From the NCBI GenBank assembly GCA_965248575.1, contig CBDFJQ010000002.1, positions 4,608,001 through 4,672,000 of the forward strand: a DNA stretch of 64,000 nt, written 5' to 3'. The translations under genes were made by a program, and so were the position numbers. The notes beneath the pieces were generated by a model, which made no database searches, was not told the origin of the DNA, and was given only the letters and a program-made list of their open reading frames with translations. This DNA comes from Planctomycetota bacterium (GTDB lineage Bacteria; Planctomycetota; B15-G4). Positions 17,841-26,919 of this stretch are shown piece after piece (the first letter of the stretch is position 1; every line of letters begins with the position of its first letter).

Positions 17841-19358
17841 TCAGCGCTTCTGCATGCCGACCCCGGTGGCTTGGCCTAGGCTCTCGATCTGTGCTCGCAC
17901 GCTAGCGGCTGCCTGCAGCTGTGCCCGTTGCTCCAGCCGCTCCGCGTGGTGCCTCAGCGCCTCGGGCAGCACGAGTTGGGCGCGATCGACGCTGTGTCGA
18001 CTTCCGTCCGCGCGGGCTTCAAGAGCCCAGTGCATCGTTCCGGACTCATCCGAAAGGCCAACCGCATCGATGACGTTTGTGCCTTCGATGCGAGAGCAGT
18101 CGAGGTTGAACCGGAGCTGGACCACTGGCACGTCGATATCCACTGGGGCCGTCGTCTGGGCGAGACCGTCCACGAGGATCGTCTGCACCTCGCCAGCCCA
18201 GTCGAGGGTGATCGTCTGGCCGTTCTTTGTGATGGCCTCGACGGACGTTAGGGCACCCTGCCCGTATGTCCCCCAGACTTCCAGGTGCGTCGGTTGGATC
18301 GGCGCGGCGTAGGTCAGTTCCAGCCAGTGCTTTCCGTGGCCGTCGGTGGGCCACCAGGCCTGATTGTACGACGCCTTGTTCAGCGCGTCGGGTTCGCCGG
18401 TCGCTTGGGCTGCAGACTTGTTTGATGTCTCGGCTTGTTCAAATCCGCGCGCGAGGTGCGGGTACAGTCTCCGGTCCGTGAATGAGATGCGCTCGTTCGT
18501 GTAGTCGAAGATCACGACCATGTAGACCAGGAGCGGGGCACCGATCAGACCATCGTGTTCGGTCGATCCCATCCAATGCTCGTAGCTGACGCCGAGTGTC
18601 CCTGTCACGTTGTCGAAGCGTTGTGCACCAACCTCTACAGTGGCGAGGGTCGCAAGGGAGACAGGGGTTCCGCCGTACGGACCGAAGATGCGGCTGTCCT
18701 GGCTTGGACGGCCGTCGACCAGGCCGAGCTGATCCACAGCCGGAGTGCACAGGAGCACGGCCTCGCCTCCACCCGTATCGATCTCCAGCAGCACCGGTTG
18801 GTCTTCGACGTTCATTCTGGCGAAGGGTCTTTCAGCGAGGAGCAGGCACTCTTCCCACTCGACGGGGGGAGACTCGAAGCTCGCTGGGTCGTAGACAGCG
18901 ACTGAAGGCCCCGCCTGGTCGTAGACGACGATCGACTGCCAGAAGAAATCGCTGCCCAAAGTCCCGAGCACATCGTCCTGATCGCCGCCGTCGACGTCCG
19001 CGATGACGAAGCGTGGCGAGCTCATCGTCATCGGCCCGACGCGAAGCGTGGTGGCAACGGCGCTGAAGGAATTCACCGAACCGCCCACCCCGGTGATCGT
19101 GCCGCTAGTCCGCAGGCTGAGCCCCAATTGTTTCGCTACGGATTTGTCGAGGCGGTGACCCTGTGCGCCGGTGTCGAGCAGGAACCAGCCGGCCACGTCG
19201 TCGTCCAGCTCCGCCCAGACGTGGACGTGCCCGAACCCACCGCCTCGTACCCGGAGGTTGGGTGAGACGTCCGTTGCGAAGGTGCTTGAGGAATCGGCCT
19301 CTTCTGGGCACGAGAGCGCCGAGGTGAGTGTCAACAGCAGGATTGAGGTGCGGATCAT
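17841..19358 (-). CDS. Exported two-lobed retropepsin-like aspartic protease with C-terminal discoidin-like domain
   Basis: FLLDTGA and LEIDTGG catalytic motifs, GTLGSDF and DGLIGAPLL; N-terminal LTSALSC; C-terminal QATGEPD..AW..WLELTY..IDAVGL. Confidence 0.85.
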   Translation of the reverse strand: MIRTSILLLTLTSALSCPEEADSSSTFATDVSPNLRVRGGGFGHVHVWAELDDDVAGWFLLDTGAQGHRLDKSVAKQLGLSLRTSGTITGVGGSVNSFSAVATTLRVGPMTMSSPRFVIADVDGGDQDDVLGTLGSDFFWQSIVVYDQAGPSVAVYDPASFESPPVEWEECLLLAERPFARMNVEDQPVLLEIDTGGGEAVLLCTPAVDQLGLVDGRPSQDSRIFGPYGGTPVSLATLATVEVGAQRFDNVTGTLGVSYEHWMGSTEHDGLIGAPLLVYMVVIFDYTNERISFTDRRLYPHLARGFEQAETSNKSAAQATGEPDALNKASYNQAWWPTDGHGKHWLELTYAAPIQPTHLEVWGTYGQGALTSVEAITKNGQTITLDWAGEVQTILVDGLAQTTAPVDIDVPVVQLRFNLDCSRIEGTNVIDAVGLSDESGTMHWALEARADGSRHSVDRAQLVLPEALRHHAERLEQRAQLQAAASVRAQIESLGQATGVGMQKR

Positions 19359-19395
19359 GATCGGGTTCTCCGAGGGGTCGAGGTTCTCACGGGCA

Positions 19396-19959
19396 TCAAG
19401 AGCTGGCGCAGGGCGCGGGGCGCAAGGCGACGGTTAGCGCGTAGGCCTTACGACCTTCCGGCGAACGAGTTCCATCAAACAGCTCTCTGAGTTCTTCGAG
19501 CAGCGCATTGGCGTGCTCCAGCTCATCCGGTGCAAGCAAGGTGCGGCCGTAGCTCACTTTCGTATCGCGAAGCTTGCCCTGCGCGCGGGCCTTCAGCGAA
19601 GTGAACGACTCACATGTCTCTGCGGCCGCTCGGCGCAGCACCATGCGCGTGTAACGGCAAGTCCGGTCGACCGCGGCGGGGTCGTTCCGGTCGTAGCGCA
19701 CGGTGGTCCTGCGGTGGGTCAGCTCGTAGACGATCCCGTCGCGGCGACCGGTCTTGCGACGTCCACACTCGCGCACCAGGCCAACGTCCAGCAGCCGATC
19801 GAGGTGGGCATAGACGGCCGTCGACCGCATGCCCGTGTGCTCGGCCAACTCAGAAACGGTGCTCGGTCCGTGGGCCTTGAGCGCCAGCGCCATGTCGAGC
19901 CGGCGTGGTGAGAGAAGTGCTTCCGAAGCATCATCGTTGGTCTTGCTGGTCGGGGACAT
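19396..19959 (-). CDS. ArsR-like winged helix-turn-helix transcriptional regulator
   Basis: ALLSPRRLDMALAL..GPSTVSELAEHTG..AVYAHLDRLLDVGLV; 37 nt upstream of the protease, likely co-transcribed. Confidence 0.85.
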   Translation of the reverse strand: MSPTSKTNDDASEALLSPRRLDMALALKAHGPSTVSELAEHTGMRSTAVYAHLDRLLDVGLVRECGRRKTGRRDGIVYELTHRRTTVRYDRNDPAAVDRTCRYTRMVLRRAAAETCESFTSLKARAQGKLRDTKVSYGRTLLAPDELEHANALLEELRELFDGTRSPEGRKAYALTVALRPAPCASS

Positions 19960-19988
19960 ACGGGTCTCTCTGGGTGACGGAAAGCAGG

Positions 19989-20030
19989 ATTCAACACTTC
20001 ATATATTTTGTCGATGATGAAGTATCGAAT
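19989..20030. promoter_or_regulatory. AT-rich imperfect inverted repeat, candidate operator of the wHTH regulator
   Basis: ATTCAACACTTCAT-N14-ATGAAGTATCGAAT; 12 of 14 arm positions are complementary; AT-rich island in GC-rich DNA. Confidence 0.6.
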
Positions 20031-20230
20031 TCACCGTACGGACACCTTTCTGCCATCGCAGGCTCGTCCGAGACCCCGACGAGCGCCGCAAGCGCTGAGG
20101 GGCAGGTTTGATCGACCGGCGGTGCTCGCAGCGCTGGCTCATCGGGCAGCGCCCGTCCTCGTTGTTACCGTCAGCTGACTTGCGGGTAGAATGATGAGGC
20201 CGCGCCACTCCTCGGCATCGGAGGACCCTC

Positions 20231-21145
20231 ATGCAGCCACTCAGCGGCTCCCTCGAACCCAGCCCCACTCAGCCGGAGCTCCGCATTCGGCTGCCCGACG
20301 CCCGTTCGCCCGTGGTGGAGGTCACGGGCCTCGACCTGCACGACGTCGACGCGACGCTCGCCCGCCGGCTGCGCGAGCTGGCCTATGTGCACCAGATTGT
20401 TGCTGTGCGCCAACAGGACCCGCAGGACACGGCGGGCTACCTCGCGTTCGCGCGTGCGCTCGGCAGCATCGAGCCCTACTTCCAGGCGCACTATCATCAC
20501 CCCGTGCACCCGGAGATCTTCGTCTCCACCAATGTGCCCATGGACGGGCAGAAGGTGGGGGTGGCGGGCACGGGTCGCATGTGGCACGCCGACTACTCGT
20601 TTTTCGAGCGGCCACTGGCCTTCACGATGATCCGGCCGATCCTGCTGCCGCGCGGGCTGCGCGAGACGCTCTTCATCGACATGCGACGGGTGTACCGCGA
20701 GCTGCCCGCATCGACTCGCGAGCGTTTGACCGGCCTGCGCTGCGCCCACGATGCTTGGGATTACTACAAGGTCCAGCCGAAAGACATGGATCGTGCGATC
20801 CGTGAGTTGATCGAGCAGTGGCACGCGGAAGCGCCAGGCGCCGTGCACCCGGCCGTCGTCACGCATCCCTTCACGGGCGAGAAGAGCCTCTACGTCAGTC
20901 GAGGATTCACCAAGCGCATGGAGGGCATCCCGCGCGCGGAGGGCGACGCGTTGCTCGAGGAGCTGTTCGACTTCTGCGAGCAGGAGCGCTTCGTGCATCA
21001 CCAACCGTGGACGGAAGGTGACGTCCTCTTCTGGGACAACCGCTCGCTGATCCACCACGCCTCGACGGTGCCCAAGGGTGAGCAGAGCCGCAGCTTCCGG
21101 ATCAGCCTGTACGACGAGCTGCCCTTCGACTCCGCCCCGAGCTGA
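20231..21145 (+). CDS. TauD-family Fe(II)/2-oxoglutarate dioxygenase, ScoE/MmaE/Rv0097 (isonitrile synthase)-like
   Basis: WHADY and WDNRSLIHH metal ligands; subfamily-like segments PYFQAHYHHPxxPEIFVSTNVP..GVxxTGxxWHADY, FIDM, YYKVQP, HPFTGEKSLYVSRGFT, SFRISLYD. Confidence 0.88.
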   Translation: MQPLSGSLEPSPTQPELRIRLPDARSPVVEVTGLDLHDVDATLARRLRELAYVHQIVAVRQQDPQDTAGYLAFARALGSIEPYFQAHYHHPVHPEIFVSTNVPMDGQKVGVAGTGRMWHADYSFFERPLAFTMIRPILLPRGLRETLFIDMRRVYRELPASTRERLTGLRCAHDAWDYYKVQPKDMDRAIRELIEQWHAEAPGAVHPAVVTHPFTGEKSLYVSRGFTKRMEGIPRAEGDALLEELFDFCEQERFVHHQPWTEGDVLFWDNRSLIHHASTVPKGEQSRSFRISLYDELPFDSAPS

Positions 21146-21343
21146 TGGGCGGGCCGGACTAGGGCAGCGCGACGGGTTGCAGCGAGCGCCGGAATCAACC
21201 GTGGTTGCTGCCTGGTCTCTACAACCAGATTCTCGCGCGCCCGTGCCGTCTCAAGAGTCAATTCCACCGGCAGCTCCCATACTAGCAGCGCAGTTATTAC
21301 GTATCCTCCACCCCCGGTCTTGCTGTCTGTGCGGAGGAGATGC

Positions 21344-22870
21344 ATGGGTGTATCCCCGAATCGTGGCCACCAGGCCGTGGTTATCTTGTCCACGGCTTGC
21401 GTACTCCTGGCTGTGCTGCTGGCGGACGCCCATCGCTCGCAGGACTCCGCTGAGGGTTCGCGGGATCGAGCAGCCGAGAGCCTGCAAGTCGCCCAGAGCA
21501 CCAAGGGCAGCTCGGGGGTCTGGGACAGTCACCCGGATGCCGACGTCGCGCGCGTGCTCATGCCAAGCCTGGTGGATGCGCGCCAGTTGGGGTATCGGGA
21601 GACTCCGATCGACTCCAACCGCTTCGGCATGCGTGAACGGAATTACGATGTGCCGAAGAAGCCCGCCAGCCTGCGCATCGTGTTGCTCGGCGATTCCTAT
21701 GTCTTCGGCCAGGGTGTTCTCGCCGAGCAACGGCTGGGGGTGCACCTTGAGCGGGAGCTTCGCGAGCGGGCAGGGGCACGGGCGCAGCAGATCGAAGTGC
21801 TGCACATCGGAGCAGCCTCCTGGAACCTCGTCACCGAGTGTGCTTTTCTGCGCAGGCAGCTGACCCTGCTGGACCCGGACGTGGTCATCCACATCTCGGT
21901 GCCCAACGACGTGGACGACACCATGGGCGTGCGTGGCATGGGTCTCATGGCGCGCAACGTGCCGCGCCGGCCCGCGCAGACCGACACGGTGGTGCGCCAG
22001 CTCTTCGCTCATTGGGAGTTGCACAAGGGAGCCTTCGGCCACCTCGCCCTGGGCCTGGACCATGAGAGCCGGTCGCGCCTGGATGAAGTTGGTTTCGAGA
22101 TCGCCCGACTCGCCGAGCTGGTCGAGCAGCAGGGTGGCCGCTACGTCCACGTCTTCCACTGGCGGGTGCTGAACCCGGTCGCCAACCTTCACCTCGCCAG
22201 CCGGCTCCAGGCCGAGCAGGCGGCGTGGTTGCCCACCTCCTTCTACTTCGACGAGCGCATCCGCCTCGCGGATGGCGACGATCATTGGAGTCCGGAGGGG
22301 CACCAAGTGATGGCCCGTTACTGCTTCGGGCTGATCGATGACCGGCAGCTTCTTCCCCAAGCAAAGCTCGCACCTTGGAAGGACGCGACCTGGGCGTTGC
22401 ACGGATTGAACGATGATGCGCGTGCTGCAGCCCTGGATCCCGAGGCGCTGCGACTCCAGCAGCAGAAGCCCAGGATCGTGTCCCGCTTTGATCTTGGCGC
22501 TCTCAGCAAGAGCAGCGCTGCACAGGTGCACGCGGGGGTCAGCGCCGAGGGATTCGTGGCTCCCTATGCCTCCCTCTTGCTGGCCCGGGATGGGGGCGAT
22601 GAACTCCAGGTGCACGGTTCCTTCTTGGATCGCCCGGAGCTCGTGGGTGGGAGGGTGCGTGTCTCCGTCGAGGGCCACGTGGTGGCGGAGTTTCCGCTCC
22701 AGGCCTCAGGCCCGCTGGTGCGCTCGTGGCCGCTCCCCAGCGAACTGCTCGAGCGAGAGATCCTCAGCGTCTGCTTCGAGTCCGACGATTGGGTCTACTC
22801 CCTGCCGACCTTGCGCGAATGCCACTCGTTCCGCATCGAGAGCGTCGCGATCGGGAACTCGTCACGCTGA
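21344..22870 (+). CDS. SGNH/GDSL-hydrolase-like exported protein with C-terminal beta domain
   Basis: GGAGGA RBS before ATG 21344; N-terminal TM; NRFGMRE, LGDSYVFG, PND and DDHWSPEGH. Confidence 0.82.
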   Translation: MGVSPNRGHQAVVILSTACVLLAVLLADAHRSQDSAEGSRDRAAESLQVAQSTKGSSGVWDSHPDADVARVLMPSLVDARQLGYRETPIDSNRFGMRERNYDVPKKPASLRIVLLGDSYVFGQGVLAEQRLGVHLERELRERAGARAQQIEVLHIGAASWNLVTECAFLRRQLTLLDPDVVIHISVPNDVDDTMGVRGMGLMARNVPRRPAQTDTVVRQLFAHWELHKGAFGHLALGLDHESRSRLDEVGFEIARLAELVEQQGGRYVHVFHWRVLNPVANLHLASRLQAEQAAWLPTSFYFDERIRLADGDDHWSPEGHQVMARYCFGLIDDRQLLPQAKLAPWKDATWALHGLNDDARAAALDPEALRLQQQKPRIVSRFDLGALSKSSAAQVHAGVSAEGFVAPYASLLLARDGGDELQVHGSFLDRPELVGGRVRVSVEGHVVAEFPLQASGPLVRSWPLPSELLEREILSVCFESDDWVYSLPTLRECHSFRIESVAIGNSSR

Positions 22871-22996
22871 TCCTCCACGCCCGCACTACGCACTCCAGCG
22901 CTGGAACCCCTGCGTCGGAGTGCGCATGGCGACTTCCTCGTGGAGCACCGACAATCCTAGTAGACGGCGACACACGTTTCGGCGAAGAGCAATCGC

Positions 22997-24517
22997 ATGC
23001 TCGCCATTCCGATCATTGCCCATCACGACCCTCACCCGGATCCGGATCGAATCCGGCTCGTGGAGAGCTTCGGAGAGACGCTCCTCGACGAGAACCCAGC
23101 GCTCCGGCTGCCGAGCCTGCTTCGGCCCCTCGTCTCGAAACACCTTGAGCCGGGGCCGACCCTGCACATCGACGACCTGAGCAACATCCCCCTCCGAAAC
23201 CGCTTCCACGACACCACCTACATCGAACAGCGTGCCCGCTTGCGGGCGACGGACGGGGATTTCGTCGCGTGCGTGATACCGCCCCCCGAGAGCTACGAGG
23301 CGCTGTGCCGCGAGCGTTTCGGGCTCGGCGAGGCGAAGTGGCTTCATCCGAAACCACGCCAACATCTGGAGAGTACCGCCATCGCCTGCTGTACCGATCG
23401 GGCGGTGCGTCACGAGCTGGTCTCGGCCATCCGCTCCGGTTCCTTGCGCTGGATCCACCCGCACATGGGGATTGCGGCGGTCTGGAACTCGGCCCTCGTG
23501 CTCCAACGCGCAAGCCGTCGACGGCTGAGCGTCATCGCTCCGCCCCCGGCACTCACCCATGCCGTGAACGACAAGCTGTGGTTCGCCATGGTGGTGAAAC
23601 GGCTGCTCGGCGAGCATCGCATCCCACCGACCACAGCCGTCGGCAGCACTGCCGCGTTGGCCCACTCCGTGCAGCAGCTCGCCCGCAGTGCACACACGAT
23701 CGTGGTCAAGCTGCCGGACTCGGCCGGTGGCGGCGGGAACCTGGTCTTCGAGGGCTCCACCTTCCTGGGTCTGCACGTCAAGGACATCCGCGCCCTCCTG
23801 CGTGAACGGCTCGGCCCGCTGCACTGGGCCGGCCGACAGCGCTTGCTGGTCGGGGCGTGGGAGCAGCACGTCGCTTGCGCCCCGTCCATCCAACTCTGGA
23901 TCCCCCCAGAATCAGACGGCCTGCCCATCGTGGAAGGCCTCTTCGAGCAGACCTTCGAAGGCGAAAACGGACAGTTCGCGGGCAATCTCCCCCTGCGGCT
24001 GGAGCCCTCACAAGAACGCGCCATCCTCGATGACGGTTGGCTCTTGGGCCGCCTCTTCCAACGCCTGGGCTACGTGGGCCGCTGTTCCTTCGATCTGCTG
24101 CTGATCGGGGACGACCGCAAGACGGCGCGGCATGAGTTCCTGGAATGCAACGGCCGTTGGGGTGGCACCTCCATGCCCATGCTGCTCATGAACCGCGTCC
24201 AAGGGGACTGGAGCAACCGGCCCTACCTGTTCCAATCCCTGATCATGCCCGGCCTGGATCGCATCCCCTTCGCCCAGCTCGTCCAAGCCTTGGACGATCT
24301 GCTCTACGACCACCGCAGTGGGCATGGGAAACTGCTTCTGATCAACCCCGGCGCCTTGGTCGGCTGCTCGGGATTCGATGTGGTGGTGAGGGGACGCACC
24401 ATCGAGGAGGCCAAGCATGTGCTGAACGTCACCCTGCCCAGGCGCTTGCGCACGCTGATCGAGCAGTCGCCCGCGAGGGAAGCCCGGGGCTCGGCCGTCT
24501 TCAAAGAGGGTGCGTAG
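22997..24517 (+). CDS. ATP-grasp ligase with pre-ATP-grasp domain (PGM1-like peptide ligase family)
   Basis: VNDKLWF, VVKLPDSAGGGGN, PSIQL, FEQ, SFDLLL and ECNGRWGGTS ATP-grasp motifs. Confidence 0.8.
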   Translation: MLAIPIIAHHDPHPDPDRIRLVESFGETLLDENPALRLPSLLRPLVSKHLEPGPTLHIDDLSNIPLRNRFHDTTYIEQRARLRATDGDFVACVIPPPESYEALCRERFGLGEAKWLHPKPRQHLESTAIACCTDRAVRHELVSAIRSGSLRWIHPHMGIAAVWNSALVLQRASRRRLSVIAPPPALTHAVNDKLWFAMVVKRLLGEHRIPPTTAVGSTAALAHSVQQLARSAHTIVVKLPDSAGGGGNLVFEGSTFLGLHVKDIRALLRERLGPLHWAGRQRLLVGAWEQHVACAPSIQLWIPPESDGLPIVEGLFEQTFEGENGQFAGNLPLRLEPSQERAILDDGWLLGRLFQRLGYVGRCSFDLLLIGDDRKTARHEFLECNGRWGGTSMPMLLMNRVQGDWSNRPYLFQSLIMPGLDRIPFAQLVQALDDLLYDHRSGHGKLLLINPGALVGCSGFDVVVRGRTIEEAKHVLNVTLPRRLRTLIEQSPAREARGSAVFKEGA

Positions 24518-25334
24518 CCGCTGACACATCGCGGTCCACGAGCAGCACGCTGCTCTCCGGTACCTCCACCCATGCCTCGTGGGTCAGTGGTTCAGATGCC
24601 ACCACCACGGCCTTGTAGGGATCTCGCTCGTGATGCACGTGGGGCACGCCGCAGACCTCGCAATCGTGAAGCCCCAGGCGCTCGACCCAGTGCAGGCTCC
24701 TGCGCAGCCGCGTCGCCACCAGGACGGCGCCGTCGGTGAGCATGAAGTTCAACTTCGCTGGCTGCTCGGCGCCCACCTCCTGGCAGCGACCCTCCAGCAG
24801 GCGCACGGCATCTCCTACGTGCTCAGCGAGCACCGGACCGTCGGCGACGGCCTTCCCGATCTCGAGGCCTTTCTTGGCCAGTTGGCTCAGCAGCCAGTAG
24901 AAAGCTGTCTCGCTGTCGGTGTCCCCCAAGCGTGCGCCGCGCAGCGCCGGGAGCGTCTCGGCTTCCAACTGCGAGGCCAGCTTGCTGAAACCGGTGACGG
25001 TTCCGTTGTGCGCGAAGGACCAAGGCCCCCAACAGAACGGGTGGGCGTTCTCCCGGGAAGGTGTCCCCACCGTCGCCAGGCGGACGTGTGCGATGACAGC
25101 CCGCGCAAACGTCCGTTCCGCTGCCCTGCTGAAGGCCAGGTCATCAAAGGCCGCCAGCCCCTGCTTGTGCACCGTCGCGGACCCATTCTCGTACGCGGCA
25201 ATGCCCCAGCCATCGGAGTGGCTTCGCCCGCTCTGGTCGCGCTGACTCTGGATCAGCAGCGCATTCTGTGCATGCACCAGCGTGCATTCGACCTTGGTCT
25301 CTTCATTGGCGAGGAAACCATAGAGGCGACACAT
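24501..25334 (-). CDS. Class II glutamine amidotransferase / Ntn hydrolase (YafJ/EgtC-like)
   Basis: N-terminal MCRLYG (Cys2 nucleophile); DGWGI, HVRLAT, HPF, HNG, GDTDSE and ASEPL. Confidence 0.92.
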   Translation of the reverse strand: MCRLYGFLANEETKVECTLVHAQNALLIQSQRDQSGRSHSDGWGIAAYENGSATVHKQGLAAFDDLAFSRAAERTFARAVIAHVRLATVGTPSRENAHPFCWGPWSFAHNGTVTGFSKLASQLEAETLPALRGARLGDTDSETAFYWLLSQLAKKGLEIGKAVADGPVLAEHVGDAVRLLEGRCQEVGAEQPAKLNFMLTDGAVLVATRLRRSLHWVERLGLHDCEVCGVPHVHHERDPYKAVVVASEPLTHEAWVEVPESSVLLVDRDVSAATHPL

Positions 25335-25338
25335 GACA

Positions 25339-25809
25339 TCATTCCCTCACCTCGGTCCAGCGCTTGGCGCGCTCCCGTGCGGCCAGAAGCTCGGTTCTCA
25401 ACTCAGCTTGCTGAGGCTCGTCAAGAGTTTCGAGATGGCTGGAGAGGGAGCCACAGCCGTAGGTGTGTTCCAACATGGTGTCTAGCTGCGCCACCAGTTG
25501 GCCTCGAGCGGCCGGCTCTGCGGGCAGGACCTCTTGCCTCAGCGCACGAATCGCGTCCAGGCCCGAAGCGTGCTCTGCCAGGAAGACCCTGACGCGCTCT
25601 GCTCCCAAGGTCTTTACAAGCAGGGGATAGAACACCCGTTCCTCGAACTCGATGTGCGCACCCACCTCGGCGTCGAGTTGGTCTGCAAGTTCTCGGGCCT
25701 GCTCATCATCACCCGCGTCCAGGGCTGCCTTGATCGCCGTCAACCCACGCACGAGGACTTGATGGTCCTGCAGAAACAGCTTCAGCAGTTCGTTGGGCTC
25801 CAAGGTCAT
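25339..25809 (-). CDS. Hemerythrin-like (HHE) domain protein
   Basis: QDHQ, AHIEFEERVFYP, AEH and LEH motifs; 4 nt from the amidotransferase start. Confidence 0.82.
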   Translation of the reverse strand: MTLEPNELLKLFLQDHQVLVRGLTAIKAALDAGDDEQARELADQLDAEVGAHIEFEERVFYPLLVKTLGAERVRVFLAEHASGLDAIRALRQEVLPAEPAARGQLVAQLDTMLEHTYGCGSLSSHLETLDEPQQAELRTELLAARERAKRWTEVRE

Positions 25810-26036
25810 CGGCGGACCTCCAAAGAACCAGTGCGGACGAAGGCTCCGGCCAGGGGACCAATGCCGTGCCTCTCCGGTTCATCCTTTATCGCCCGGACAG
25901 GCCGAACGAGGCATACGGTGCTGGGGGAGGGTCCCTCCGACAAAGTCCGCACAGTCCTCCCTCCACACGGGTGGATACCTGCACTGAGATCAGTCTGAGC
26001 GAGGAGGGCGCGCTGCAATCGCTATCCTCGTCCCGC

Positions 26037-26894
26037 ATGGACCAACCCCTGCCCCGTCCCGCTCCGCGACTTCTCGCTCTCCTCGCCGTCATCCTGCTCG
26101 CGGCTTGCCGCGCGGCGCCTGCGGATAGCGACGGTGCCTCCGACCTCACGGTCATGACGTTCAACATCCGCTACGGGACCGCGGACGACGGCGAGCATCG
26201 TTGGCCTGAGCGTCGAGACCTCGTCGCCGCGCGAATCGCCGAGCAGGCGCCCGACGTGCTCGCGCTCCAGGAGGGGCTCGCCTTCCAGCTTGAGGAGCTC
26301 GGTGATGCGTTGGTCGGATACCGGAAGCTGGGGCGGCATCGCGAGGGCGGTACGGAGGGCGAGTTCTCCGGGCTCTACATCCGGGACTCGCGCGTCGAAG
26401 TGCTCGCATGGGGCGAGCTGTGGTTGTCGCCGACGCCTGACAAGATCGCGAGCCGCGGTTGGGACGCCGCCCTGCCGCGCATGGCGGTCTGGACCGACGT
26501 CCGGCTTCGCGACGGCGGCCCGGAGTTGCGCGTGTACGGCACGCACTACGACCACCGCGGCGAGCTGGCGCGCCTCGAGTCCAGCCGCCTGCTCCTAGCC
26601 CATGCAGCCGACCGACCGCGCGTGGTCGTGGCGGGCGACCTCAATGCCACGGAGGATGAGCCGCCGCTCCGTGCCTTCCTCGACACGGGTTGGCAGTCCG
26701 CGTGGCGCGAGCTTCATCCTGACGACTTGCGTGGCAGCTTCAACGGGTTCACGGACCCGTCGGGCGGGCGGCTCATCGATCACGTGCTCCTACGCGGGCT
26801 CCGACCAGTGGGAGCCCGCATCCTCGGCGGTCGTGTCGGCGGCTTGTTCCCGAGCGACCACGACGCGGTCGTCGCGAGCCTACGTACCGAGTAG
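26037..26894 (+). CDS. Endonuclease/exonuclease/phosphatase (EEP) family lipoprotein
   Basis: Lipobox LLAAC; MTFNIRY, LQE, THYDH, GDLN, IDHV and PSDHDAV. Confidence 0.92.
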   Translation: MDQPLPRPAPRLLALLAVILLAACRAAPADSDGASDLTVMTFNIRYGTADDGEHRWPERRDLVAARIAEQAPDVLALQEGLAFQLEELGDALVGYRKLGRHREGGTEGEFSGLYIRDSRVEVLAWGELWLSPTPDKIASRGWDAALPRMAVWTDVRLRDGGPELRVYGTHYDHRGELARLESSRLLLAHAADRPRVVVAGDLNATEDEPPLRAFLDTGWQSAWRELHPDDLRGSFNGFTDPSGGRLIDHVLLRGLRPVGARILGGRVGGLFPSDHDAVVASLRTE

Positions 26895-26919
26895 TCTGGG
26901 CACCAACTGTCCTGGTCTG

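Noticed and set aside
24501..25334. egtC / ergothioneine biosynthesis
   Set aside because: Same fold, but no egtA/B/D nearby and it carries a distinct CxxC-HxHH insert
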